A DNA stretch of 64,000 bases, taken from NCBI GenBank assembly GCA_018654605.1, contig JABILG010000014.1:12626-76625 (forward strand), in the 5' to 3' direction. The notes beneath the pieces are model-generated. The model had not been told where the DNA came from. It ran no database searches and saw only the letters and a program-made list of their open reading frames with translations. Shown here in pieces: positions 9,238 to 18,149 of this stretch. This stretch comes from a bacterium (lineage in GTDB: Bacteria; Desulfobacterota_D; UBA1144). Every line of letters starts with the position of its first letter. The stretch's first letter is position 1. The position numbers were made by a program, and so were the translations under genes.

Positions 9238-10020
9238 ATGAAATTATATAAATATATTATCATTATCTTTACAATTATATTACTATCCCCAATTGATTCA
9301 TATTCTTGCGCATGTGCAGGAAAAGCCTCAACTGATATTTATAGCTGTACTAGTAGTGACTATGGCAACAGGTCTTGTTATACCAGTGCGGATGTCTATC
9401 AAATGACTGTAACAAGTGGAGAATTCTACAACTCTACTACTGGTGCCACTTGGGTCTTAAAGAAACAAAATGCAACGTATGACATTACTAGCCAAAATTT
9501 TGACTATATGCCAAATATTAAAAAAGTAAAAAAAGGTACTTATGATAAATTCAGAGGCTATGCGAGTAATGTTTTTGTCGTAAAAGGTGGCTTTACAACA
9601 TCTGATTCTAAATCTTGTGTAACTGCCGGTACCCAGGATTCAACCTACGGAGACTTAAGGACTTCAAGTATTAGAACATCTGGAAATAAAGCAAATGTTA
9701 CCTTAACAACTAAGAACTTTGGTTCAAGCACTTACCATTATACTGATGCTAATGGGAATCTTATTGAACTTATTGATAGCTCAGGCTCTAGAATAAGTAG
9801 TGATAGCGACGCTGACAGAATTAGAGTCACTTACTCTTTAGGTACTTTTATGAAAATAGACGAGACTGATAATATTGCAATAAAAATGCTTATGAAGTCA
9901 ACTACATCAATAAGGGCTACATATGCTACCTCTGATGGAGCTGGAAAATATAATTGCACATCTGTCGGTATGCGTGCACCTATCTTTACAATGACTGTAA
10001 CTCAGACACCTTCAAAATAA
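9238..10020 (+). CDS. Secreted Ser/Thr-rich, Cys-containing protein of unknown function
   Basis: Signal peptide, a beta-rich Ser/Thr-rich mature part and several Cys. It starts 3 nt after the barrel gene stop. Confidence 0.6.
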   Translation: MKLYKYIIIIFTIILLSPIDSYSCACAGKASTDIYSCTSSDYGNRSCYTSADVYQMTVTSGEFYNSTTGATWVLKKQNATYDITSQNFDYMPNIKKVKKGTYDKFRGYASNVFVVKGGFTTSDSKSCVTAGTQDSTYGDLRTSSIRTSGNKANVTLTTKNFGSSTYHYTDANGNLIELIDSSGSRISSDSDADRIRVTYSLGTFMKIDETDNIAIKMLMKSTTSIRATYATSDGAGKYNCTSVGMRAPIFTMTVTQTPSK

Positions 10021-10074
10021 GTAGAAATAATACTTTGTTGCAATTAACGAATACTCCTATATAGTTCAGACAAA

Positions 10075-11496
10075 TTGAAAAACAATATTAATATTAAATT
10101 ATCTACCTTCGAAAGCTTTGGCTTATCTGAAACTATAAGTAGTTCCTTGAAAAATATGGGGTTTGTAAATCCAACACCTATACAGGAACAATCTATACCA
10201 ATTGGGCTAAAAGGATTAGATATATTGGGGTCTGCGCAAACTGGAACGGGAAAAACTGCTGCCTTTGGAATACCAATAATTGAAAACTTAAACAAAGACA
10301 AGAATGGCATTGCTGTTATATTGGCACCGACCCGAGAACTAGCGAAGCAAATATATGATGTAATTCGCGAATTATTAGGATATAGAAATACTCTAAAAGT
10401 TACTGCTTTAATTGGTGGTGAATCGATTACAAACCAATTGAGAAACCTTAAAAGAGGGCCAAGAATTATAATTGGTACTCCTGGAAGAATAAATGACCAT
10501 ATTAATAGAAAATCTTTATATGTTAAAAAAACTAAGATTCTCGTTCTTGATGAAACTGATAGAATGCTTGATATGGGATTTGGAATTCAAATTGATGAGA
10601 TAGTTAGAAACATGACAGGGAAAAGACAAACTTTGATGTTCTCAGCTACTATTCCTGATGACATTTCTAGATTAGCAGACAAGTACCTTGTTAATCCTCA
10701 GAGAATAAGTATCGGTTCTATAAATCAAATTCCAAAGAGTTTAAAACAAGAAATCTTAAAGATTAGATCGAATGAAAAATATGATCAACTAGTTGAGGAA
10801 CTGAAGAATAGGAGTGGTTCAGTCTTAGTCTTTATAAAGACAAAATATGCTTGTGATAGAATGGCCAAAAAACTCTCTTTTGATGGAGTTAAAGCAACTG
10901 CCATTCATGGTGACCTTAAGCAAAATAGGAGAAATAGAATTATTTCAGATTTTAGGAATAATAAATTTTCAGTTTTAATTGGGACCGATATAGTTTGCAG
11001 AGGACTTGATGTTCCACAAATTGAGCATGTAATAAATTTTGACCTCCCTCAAGTGGCAGAGGATTTTATTCATAGAATCGGTAGGACTGCTAGAGCAGGT
11101 ATGTCAGGTAGCGTGGTTAGCTTTATAACGCCAAATGATCACTTAAAATGGAGAGCTATACAGAAAATTTTAGATCCTAAGACTAAAAATAAGATTTCTG
11201 ATATTACCTCTATTAACCATAAGGATAAAGTGTCCGGAGATAAAGTTAGGACAAATGATAGAGATAAGAAGAAAGCCTCAACAAAGAACTTCTCCAAAGA
11301 TTCACAAAAAAGAAAAAAAACGTTCTCTAAGAACGCACCCAAGGATGGGAGCAAGAAAAAGAAATATGAAAATTTAAAAAAAAGTAAATCAAGAAATAAA
11401 AAAAGACTTAAAAAGCCAATTTTGTTAAAATCTGACAACAGAGCAAAGTTTGTTGATGAGGAAATTGTTTATAAAATAATTAAAGAAAGTAGGTAA
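10075..11496 (+). CDS. DEAD-box ATP-dependent RNA helicase (RhlE-like) with Lys-rich C-terminal tail
   Basis: Q-motif region F..FGL...PTPIQ, then AQTGTGKT, PTRELA, motif II as LDETDRMLD, SAT, and HRIGRTARAG. A TTG start is needed to include the Q motif. Confidence 0.9.
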   Translation: MKNNINIKLSTFESFGLSETISSSLKNMGFVNPTPIQEQSIPIGLKGLDILGSAQTGTGKTAAFGIPIIENLNKDKNGIAVILAPTRELAKQIYDVIRELLGYRNTLKVTALIGGESITNQLRNLKRGPRIIIGTPGRINDHINRKSLYVKKTKILVLDETDRMLDMGFGIQIDEIVRNMTGKRQTLMFSATIPDDISRLADKYLVNPQRISIGSINQIPKSLKQEILKIRSNEKYDQLVEELKNRSGSVLVFIKTKYACDRMAKKLSFDGVKATAIHGDLKQNRRNRIISDFRNNKFSVLIGTDIVCRGLDVPQIEHVINFDLPQVAEDFIHRIGRTARAGMSGSVVSFITPNDHLKWRAIQKILDPKTKNKISDITSINHKDKVSGDKVRTNDRDKKKASTKNFSKDSQKRKKTFSKNAPKDGSKKKKYENLKKSKSRNKKRLKKPILLKSDNRAKFVDEEIVYKIIKESR

Positions 11497-11497
11497 T

Positions 11498-13315
11498 CTA
11501 TTTTGCTATTAACTTATATGGACCCTTAAGCTTTATCTCAGTCATATAAGTTGAATAATCATTGTAAGCCATTCCGATATTTATCAATTCCCCCAGTTTA
11601 TATGTTTTCACATTGCTTTTATCATCAATTATCTTAAATAAACAATTCTCAACAACCTGGGACATTCCTTCACCTTGTAAAATGTAAACATTTTCTACTT
11701 TATCTAAATTCTCATAAATTAGAAATGCACATATCTTTGTTTCTATAGATTTTAGTTCACGAAATTGCTTCTTGGAAAACAAGTGTTGGTTGTGAGCATC
11801 TCCTAATGATATAGCCTTTGAGCTAGCTAGTAGCCCTGGTAACTCAGGATAAGAAAAAATTCTGTCAGATTTATAATTAAAATTAATATCTTTTAATGTG
11901 AGTAAAAAATTGTCTATCACATCAGCAGAGTATGGATCAATTTTGATATTTCGTAGAAAAGGACTAGATGAAACTTTGAAATTTGAAGACTTTATAGGGC
12001 TCCTTCTAAACTGATAAATTTGCTCTCTATAAATTATAGACAGGTTGACGATGAAGGCTAAAAGACATACTAAACTAATTAATCTTAATGAATTAGGATT
12101 TTTAAATAGTGTTAAAGAGAAAAAGAAAGGTATAGAGCTAAGTCCAATAGTAAAAGATGCCCAAAGTACTAGATTACTATTATTTCCAACCGAAGAGAAA
12201 AAACACCCTAGGACAGAAATCAGAAAAAGAAAAATAAACTTCTTATCAAATTTATGTCTTTTAAGTAAAAGTTTTGATTTTAAAAAATTAAAGTAGCCGA
12301 TTAAGATAGGAGTAAAGATAGTTAAAATGAAGAAGTATCTAAGAGCTCTATTTGAATAATTCGATGGTGTTCCAGCTATGTCTAAGAAAGACTTTGAAAA
12401 ACCATAGATATCCTTAATTATTAAAATTAGAATTAAAGTAATTAAGATGCTTACAGACAAGTCTTTCTTAAATTTAAATTTCAATAGGAGATAAAATGAT
12501 ATCAATAGTATCGAAATATAAATGACGTAAAAGTCTTGATGAAATATAAGATATGACAAATTACTTAAGTAAAATAAAAGTAACGAGTCATGAGTAGTTT
12601 CATAAATTATTTTTCCTATTGGTAGTATCTCAGTTAAGAAATGGAGATGAAAGGCAAGGAAGATGAAAGTAAAGATTGAAACTGCTAATAAAGACTTAAA
12701 AATGGATAAATTAGAATCTTTATTGATAAATCTATTAATGAAAAATAAGATAAAAGGTAGGGTTCCCAATAAGACTACAAACAACTGCACTCTTGAGCAA
12801 ATAGCAAATAAAAAAGTAAGAACTAAAAGAGTATAGTAGCAAGAGTCCTCTTCTCTTCCATTCTTAGAAATATAAAAGATTACTGAAGACCACAAGAAGC
12901 AGGCTATAGTGGCCGAAGAAGTATAAGAAAAGGTCGGTATAAAAGAGAAAAAACCTAAAGTCGAAATATTAACGAAAGATAAAATCAAATAAAAATCTAA
13001 ATCTTTTAATTTCTTTGAATTAAAATAAAATTGATATCCAAAAACAATAGATAGGTTTACTGATATTATTAAAAGCAATAAATTTAAAAGCCTAAAACCA
13101 AGCAGTTGGTAAGAAAATATAAAACCAAAAAGGTTGCCCAGAGTATGAAAAAACGTAAATGTTGGCTCAGCAATTCCTTGCTTTAGATAATAGAGATAAA
13201 ATCCTTCATCATCTCTCAGACCAAAGTCACTGAAAAAGCTATAGATGAGAACACTTAAAAGCAAAACAAAAAGTATGCTTGAAAAAGCTAAGATATTTTT
13301 TTTGTTTAGCATCAT
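11498..13315 (-). CDS. Polytopic membrane protein, probable GT-C fold glycosyltransferase (ArnT/PMT-like)
   Basis: 605 aa with more than 10 predicted TM helices. There is a DE-containing first loop (RDDEGFYLY) and a soluble C-terminal domain. The family assignment is tentative. Confidence 0.5.
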   Translation of the reverse strand: MMLNKKNILAFSSILFVLLLSVLIYSFFSDFGLRDDEGFYLYYLKQGIAEPTFTFFHTLGNLFGFIFSYQLLGFRLLNLLLLIISVNLSIVFGYQFYFNSKKLKDLDFYLILSFVNISTLGFFSFIPTFSYTSSATIACFLWSSVIFYISKNGREEDSCYYTLLVLTFLFAICSRVQLFVVLLGTLPFILFFINRFINKDSNLSIFKSLLAVSIFTFIFLAFHLHFLTEILPIGKIIYETTHDSLLLFYLSNLSYLIFHQDFYVIYISILLISFYLLLKFKFKKDLSVSILITLILILIIKDIYGFSKSFLDIAGTPSNYSNRALRYFFILTIFTPILIGYFNFLKSKLLLKRHKFDKKFIFLFLISVLGCFFSSVGNNSNLVLWASFTIGLSSIPFFFSLTLFKNPNSLRLISLVCLLAFIVNLSIIYREQIYQFRRSPIKSSNFKVSSSPFLRNIKIDPYSADVIDNFLLTLKDINFNYKSDRIFSYPELPGLLASSKAISLGDAHNQHLFSKKQFRELKSIETKICAFLIYENLDKVENVYILQGEGMSQVVENCLFKIIDDKSNVKTYKLGELINIGMAYNDYSTYMTEIKLKGPYKLIAK

Positions 13316-13417
13316 TAATTAAAATACTTATTCCAAAGTAGTGAATCAAGTCTTTTAATTCCTACAACTACTGATGAATGGCTTGATTATATATTCTTGA
13401 TTGTTTAGAGTTTTTTT

Positions 13418-14218
13418 GTGGAGGATGGTTTTGATATTATAACTGGCGCAGATGGTTTTATTGGAAAAGAACTATCAGAAGAGCTATCTAAGTCAAACCC
13501 TATCCTTCTATCCAGAACGAAGAAATACTACAAAAATGCATCCTACGTTCAATATGACATGGAAACTGGCCTTAATTCACTTATTAACTCTGATATTAAA
13601 ATTAACAATGTAATTCACTTGGCCCATGATTTCTCAAATAAATACTTAGATAATAAAAATATAAACATTAAAGGAATTGAAGATCTAATTAATTTTTGTA
13701 AAATAAAAAAATCAAAATTAATCTATATATCCTCTTTTATGGCAATTTCAGCCAAAACTATATATGGCAAAACAAAACTAGAATGTGAAGAATTAGTTAA
13801 CGAATATAGCAAGTCAATTATAATAAGGCCTCCTGTAGTTGTAGACAATAAAGGTGGAGTGTTTGGAAGGCTTAATCAAATATTTAAATATTCCCCCCTA
13901 TTCCCTATTCCAGGAAATGGTGACTATCCAATGTATTACGTGAAAGTTAAAAACTTAGTCCGCTTCATAAATAAGTCTAGGTCAATACAGAACAAGGAGT
14001 TAATTCATTGCTATGATTCGGGCCCTGTTAATTTTAAAGATCTTTTAAATATTGAGAATAAAGTCATAATTAAGTTGCCTATAAAGTTATTAAGAATTAT
14101 TTTAGTCATACCCAAAATTTTTGGCATAAAACTTAAGAGTCTATCTAATGATGGATTAAGCACTCTACTTGCAATGCCATTAATTAATTTCGAACATAAA
14201 AAATATACTGACTATTAA
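13418..14218 (+). CDS. NAD-dependent epimerase/dehydratase (extended SDR) family protein
   Basis: ITGADGFIGKEL (GxxGxxG) and YGKTK (YxxxK). GTG start. Confidence 0.7.
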   Translation: MEDGFDIITGADGFIGKELSEELSKSNPILLSRTKKYYKNASYVQYDMETGLNSLINSDIKINNVIHLAHDFSNKYLDNKNINIKGIEDLINFCKIKKSKLIYISSFMAISAKTIYGKTKLECEELVNEYSKSIIIRPPVVVDNKGGVFGRLNQIFKYSPLFPIPGNGDYPMYYVKVKNLVRFINKSRSIQNKELIHCYDSGPVNFKDLLNIENKVIIKLPIKLLRIILVIPKIFGIKLKSLSNDGLSTLLAMPLINFEHKKYTDY

Positions 14219-14307
14219 CTTTTGTTTCTAAATTAGGGCATATTTTCATCAAATAAAATAATTTAATAATGTGTTTAATTAAAAAAATTTGATGTTACTT
14301 TATAAAT

Positions 14308-15627
14308 GTGAACTTTCTTCAAACATTTAATCATTTCTATGATTCTGCTGTTAAGCATTTGCATGTTCCCAAAGGACTTTCAGAGCAAATTAAATCCTGT
14401 GATTCAGTTTATCACTTAAGATTTCCAATAACATTAGATAATGGTCAAATCAAGGTAATAGATGCTTGGCATGGAGAACATAGCCATCACATGAGCCCTT
14501 TAAAGGGTGGAATAAGATTTAGTAGTGTCGTAAACGAAGATGAAGTTAGAGCTCTTGCTTCGCTAATGACATTTAAATGCGCACTCGTTAATGTCCCATT
14601 TGGTGGAGGTAAAGGTGGAATCAAGATTGATGCAAAAGAATTTTCAGTCAGTGAACTAGAAAGAATTACAAGAAGGTATACATTTGAACTACATTCAAGG
14701 AATTCCCTTGGTCCTAACACTTATGTTCCCGCAACTGACTATGGTACAACCTCTAGAGAAATGAGCTGGATATATAGCACTTTTAAGACTTTATCAAATT
14801 CAAATATTGATTCAGCTGCATCTGTTACTTCAAAGAATATTGCGCAAGGGGGAGTTAAAGGAAGAAAAGAAGCTACTGGGAGAGGAGTTTTTATAGGATT
14901 AAGAGAACTACTAGATGATAAAGAGGAAATGGGTAAAATGGGCTTAAAAAAAGGGCTGAAAGGCAAAAGCGTCATTATACAGGGCTTTGGAAATGTTGGA
15001 TATCATGCCGCTTTATTTTTACATGATGCAGGAGCAAAGATAGTTGGTATTTGCGAATATAATGGATCAATATCAAACCCCAAAGGACTCGAGCCGAGGC
15101 TCGTCAAAGAACACTTAAAAAATGGTGGGAATTTAACTGACTATGCATTATGTACTTCATTTGAGGATCCCTACTCTGTTTTTTATGAAGAATGTGACAT
15201 TTTAGTTCCTGCTGCTTTAGAAGAAGTAATAAATGAAGCAAATATGTACAAAATAAAAGCGAAAATAATTGCGGAAGGTGCAAACGGTCCCATTACATAT
15301 GAAGCTGATAAATATTTATCTAAAAATGGAATAATAATTCTCCCTGATTTATATTTAAATTCTGGCGGTGTAATTGTTTCATATTTTGAATGGCTCAAGA
15401 ACCTCAATCATGTTAGATGGGGAAGAGTCGACAATCAGGGCGAAAACAGTCTTAAAGAAATTGATTTAATTAATAACGCATTAAATGAAACTATGTGTCA
15501 GGCTTTTAACGAAATAAAAACCAAAAGAGTTAAACATAAAGGAGCTTTAACTTATAGGGAAGCTGCATATAAAATTGGAATAGAAAAGATTGCCAATACT
15601 TATATTGAGATGGGAATATTTCCTTAA
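14308..15627 (+). CDS. gdhA: Glutamate dehydrogenase (Glu/Leu/Phe/Val dehydrogenase family)
   Basis: Motifs KGGIRF, VPFGGGKGGI and GFGNVGYHAA (Rossmann). GTG start. Confidence 0.9.
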   Translation: MNFLQTFNHFYDSAVKHLHVPKGLSEQIKSCDSVYHLRFPITLDNGQIKVIDAWHGEHSHHMSPLKGGIRFSSVVNEDEVRALASLMTFKCALVNVPFGGGKGGIKIDAKEFSVSELERITRRYTFELHSRNSLGPNTYVPATDYGTTSREMSWIYSTFKTLSNSNIDSAASVTSKNIAQGGVKGRKEATGRGVFIGLRELLDDKEEMGKMGLKKGLKGKSVIIQGFGNVGYHAALFLHDAGAKIVGICEYNGSISNPKGLEPRLVKEHLKNGGNLTDYALCTSFEDPYSVFYEECDILVPAALEEVINEANMYKIKAKIIAEGANGPITYEADKYLSKNGIIILPDLYLNSGGVIVSYFEWLKNLNHVRWGRVDNQGENSLKEIDLINNALNETMCQAFNEIKTKRVKHKGALTYREAAYKIGIEKIANTYIEMGIFP

Positions 15628-15634
15628 GTCCTAA

Positions 15635-16045
15635 TTATTTTACTTCAAAATTCCTTAATCTTATAAAATTGCCTTCTTGATTAAGCGGCTTTTTAGAATG
15701 TTCATGAAAAATAAAATCAATATTAGATTTCTCACCAGGCTTAAGAATTGAGACTGTATGACTATCAGACATTAACGGTTCTAAATCAGCGCCATGAAGG
15801 ACCCAACGTAGATAAACATATCGCTCTTGCCTAGTATTATTTTCAATATAACCTGTGACTCTGTTACTTGGATGTAATTGATAATGATGAAGAACCCCTT
15901 TTCTATTTATTTTTGCAACTTCATCCCAATAATTTGAAGAACAAAAAAGAGAATTAACCTCATATAATTTTTTGCAACGGTCTTTTGTTAACGAATAGGA
16001 AGTAAATGAGAATAATAAAAACAATAAAAAAATTACGAACTTCAT
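15635..16045 (-). CDS. Hypothetical secreted protein (136 aa)
   Basis: N-terminal signal peptide. No recognisable family. Confidence 0.5.
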   Translation of the reverse strand: MKFVIFLLFLLFSFTSYSLTKDRCKKLYEVNSLFCSSNYWDEVAKINRKGVLHHYQLHPSNRVTGYIENNTRQERYVYLRWVLHGADLEPLMSDSHTVSILKPGEKSNIDFIFHEHSKKPLNQEGNFIRLRNFEVK

Positions 16046-16089
16046 ATCAATAATATATCAAAAAAAAATATAATTACATAGTAAATACC

Positions 16090-16893
16090 TTAATATTCAC
16101 ACTCTGCTCTTGCCTTAGAGCAGGCACAATTCTGACAAAAAGAGTTAAAATAAGGTAAATCTGGTGAGTTGAGCGTAGTTAGCATTTCGTCAATCTTTGG
16201 TTCGATCCAATGAGTCCTTAACCTGTAAGGAACAAGTGTTTCATCAAAAACTAACTTAGAATTAAATCCATCCAGGTCTTTTCTACAATTTGCTACATAG
16301 AAATAACTAATTTCAGCAACATTAAAATCATTTCTTTCAAATAAATAAGCATAAATATCCATCTGAACTTTGTAAGATTCATGGAATACATTAGAAAGGT
16401 AATCTTCGGTGTTCACCCTGTAAAAGCTTGCTTGAGACTTGTAATCAACTATTATTATTTCTTCTGTAGCTTTATTGAACCATATATCATCTACGCCACC
16501 TTTGATAATCAAATTTGTATCTTTATACCTGTGCTTAATGCCCCCTCTTAATGCATCTCTCCATTTATCAATATCAGGGTGGTCAAAAGGGACTATATTT
16601 TCCATGTTGCTCTTAACCATTAACCTGTGTGGTACTTGTGACTTTCTACATTGGTCAAACTCTTTCTTTAAAAGTTCATCAACTGTACTATTTAAAGTCC
16701 ATCCAGGCATATCAGGCACTTTGATACCAAGAACTCTATCTAAGTAAAAACATCTCTTACAGAGCAAAAAATCGTTAAATTTGCTTCTACTTAACTCAAA
16801 ATCAACGTTTTTTGAGTACAAAGATGACTTTTTAACCCTTTTACCTCTAGCTTCAGTCAATTCACCCTTGTTGTTTTTATTGATAGAAATCAT
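16090..16893 (-). CDS. PD-(D/E)XK nuclease family protein with N- and C-terminal Cys motifs (Cas4/RecB-like)
   Basis: GGVDDIW...IIIVDYKSQ (D...D/ExK) and VQMDIYAYLF (QxxxY). CKRC near the N-terminus and CQNCAC...C at the C-terminus. Confidence 0.7.
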   Translation of the reverse strand: MISINKNNKGELTEARGKRVKKSSLYSKNVDFELSRSKFNDFLLCKRCFYLDRVLGIKVPDMPGWTLNSTVDELLKKEFDQCRKSQVPHRLMVKSNMENIVPFDHPDIDKWRDALRGGIKHRYKDTNLIIKGGVDDIWFNKATEEIIIVDYKSQASFYRVNTEDYLSNVFHESYKVQMDIYAYLFERNDFNVAEISYFYVANCRKDLDGFNSKLVFDETLVPYRLRTHWIEPKIDEMLTTLNSPDLPYFNSFCQNCACSKARAECEY

Positions 16894-16963
16894 AAAACCT
16901 TCTTATTTATATTTGAACTTTTTTGAATATAAAAATCAAGTGTTTTAGTGTAAAATCTATTTT

Positions 16964-17281
16964 ATGAAAGAAGTTAAAACTAAGTTCAAAATTGGTCAAA
17001 TTGTTAGGCACAAATTGTTTGATTATACAGGTGTAATATTTGATATTGACCCATCTTTCGAAGGAACAGATGAATGGTATGACAAAGTAGCAGAAACAAA
17101 ACCACCTAGAGACAAACCTTGGTGCCATGTCTTAGTAAGTGATGATGAGAAGACAACTTATGTTGCGGAAAAGAACATAGAAGAGGTTTTGAATCCAAAA
17201 CCAATAAACCACTCTATGGTTCAATATATATTTGAAAAGTTTAATGGAAAAGATTATCAATTAAAGTTTAAAGCAAACTAA
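16964..17281 (+). CDS. hspQ: HspQ/YccV hemimethylated-DNA-binding domain protein
   Basis: FKIGQIVRHKLFDYTGVIFDIDP...PWCHVLV...TYVAE aligns with E. coli HspQ ([23 protein letters not shown]...PWYHVVM...TYLAE). Confidence 0.85.
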   Translation: MKEVKTKFKIGQIVRHKLFDYTGVIFDIDPSFEGTDEWYDKVAETKPPRDKPWCHVLVSDDEKTTYVAEKNIEEVLNPKPINHSMVQYIFEKFNGKDYQLKFKAN

Positions 17282-17284
17282 AAA

Positions 17285-17959
17285 ATGTATCGCCTTACTT
17301 TAGAGTCGTTAAATAAAGAGATAATCAATTGTACCAAGTGCACTAGACTTGTAAATTTCAGAAAAAAAATATCTAAAAATAAACGAAAAGAGTATATAAA
17401 TGAAGACTATTGGGGTAGACCAATCACAGGGTTTGGTGATAAAAAAGGTAGAATTCTAATAGTTGGTCTTGCACCAGCCGCTCACGGTGGAACAAGGACT
17501 GGTAGAGTTTTTACAGGGGATAAATCTTCAGAATTTCTTTATCGGTGTTTATATGAAGCAAATATAAGCAATCAACCCTACTCTATATCTAAAAATGATG
17601 GATTAAAATTGAAAGATTCCTATATAACTACAGCTTTGAAATGCGTACCCCCTGAAGATAAGCCAACTTCAATAGAGCTTGAAACATGTTCAAGGTATTT
17701 TAAAAATGAATTAAAACTATTAAAAAAATCAATATTTATTGTTGCTTTGGGTAAGATAGCTTTCGAAGCAACGGTAAAATATTACATTGAAAATTATGGA
17801 AAATTTAAGAAAAAACCTCAGTTTGCCCATGGATCTAGTCATAATCTGCCGGATGGAAAGAGTCTTATTGGATGCTATCATCCAAGTCCCAGAAATGTTA
17901 ATACTGGAAGGCTGAATAAGAAAATGATGGTAGATTTATTTAGAAATATTATAAAATAA
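17285..17959 (+). CDS. Uracil-DNA glycosylase superfamily protein, Fe-S type, family-5-like
   Basis: CTKCTRL plus two further Cys. Motif A is GLAPAAHGGTRTGRVFTGD (GLAPA rather than the family-4 GEAPG). Motif B is HPSPRN. Confidence 0.75.
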   Translation: MYRLTLESLNKEIINCTKCTRLVNFRKKISKNKRKEYINEDYWGRPITGFGDKKGRILIVGLAPAAHGGTRTGRVFTGDKSSEFLYRCLYEANISNQPYSISKNDGLKLKDSYITTALKCVPPEDKPTSIELETCSRYFKNELKLLKKSIFIVALGKIAFEATVKYYIENYGKFKKKPQFAHGSSHNLPDGKSLIGCYHPSPRNVNTGRLNKKMMVDLFRNIIK

Positions 17960-18149
17960 GTTTAATTCTTTATGCTTAAAATACTGATATTATTAATTTA
18001 AATTATATTAAAAAATAATTAGATTTTATTTTTTTATATTAAGTATTATAAATGCCTACTAAAAAAAGTTTAAAAAGGTACCTAGTAAAAGGGGGGAAAT
18101 ATGAGTGTTTTTTGTAAAGTAAACACTATATTGTGCTATCATTTATCCG

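Noticed and set aside
10044-10310. 88-aa minus-strand ORF overlapping the helicase start.
   Set aside because: It is antisense to the conserved Q-motif and motif I region of the DEAD-box helicase.
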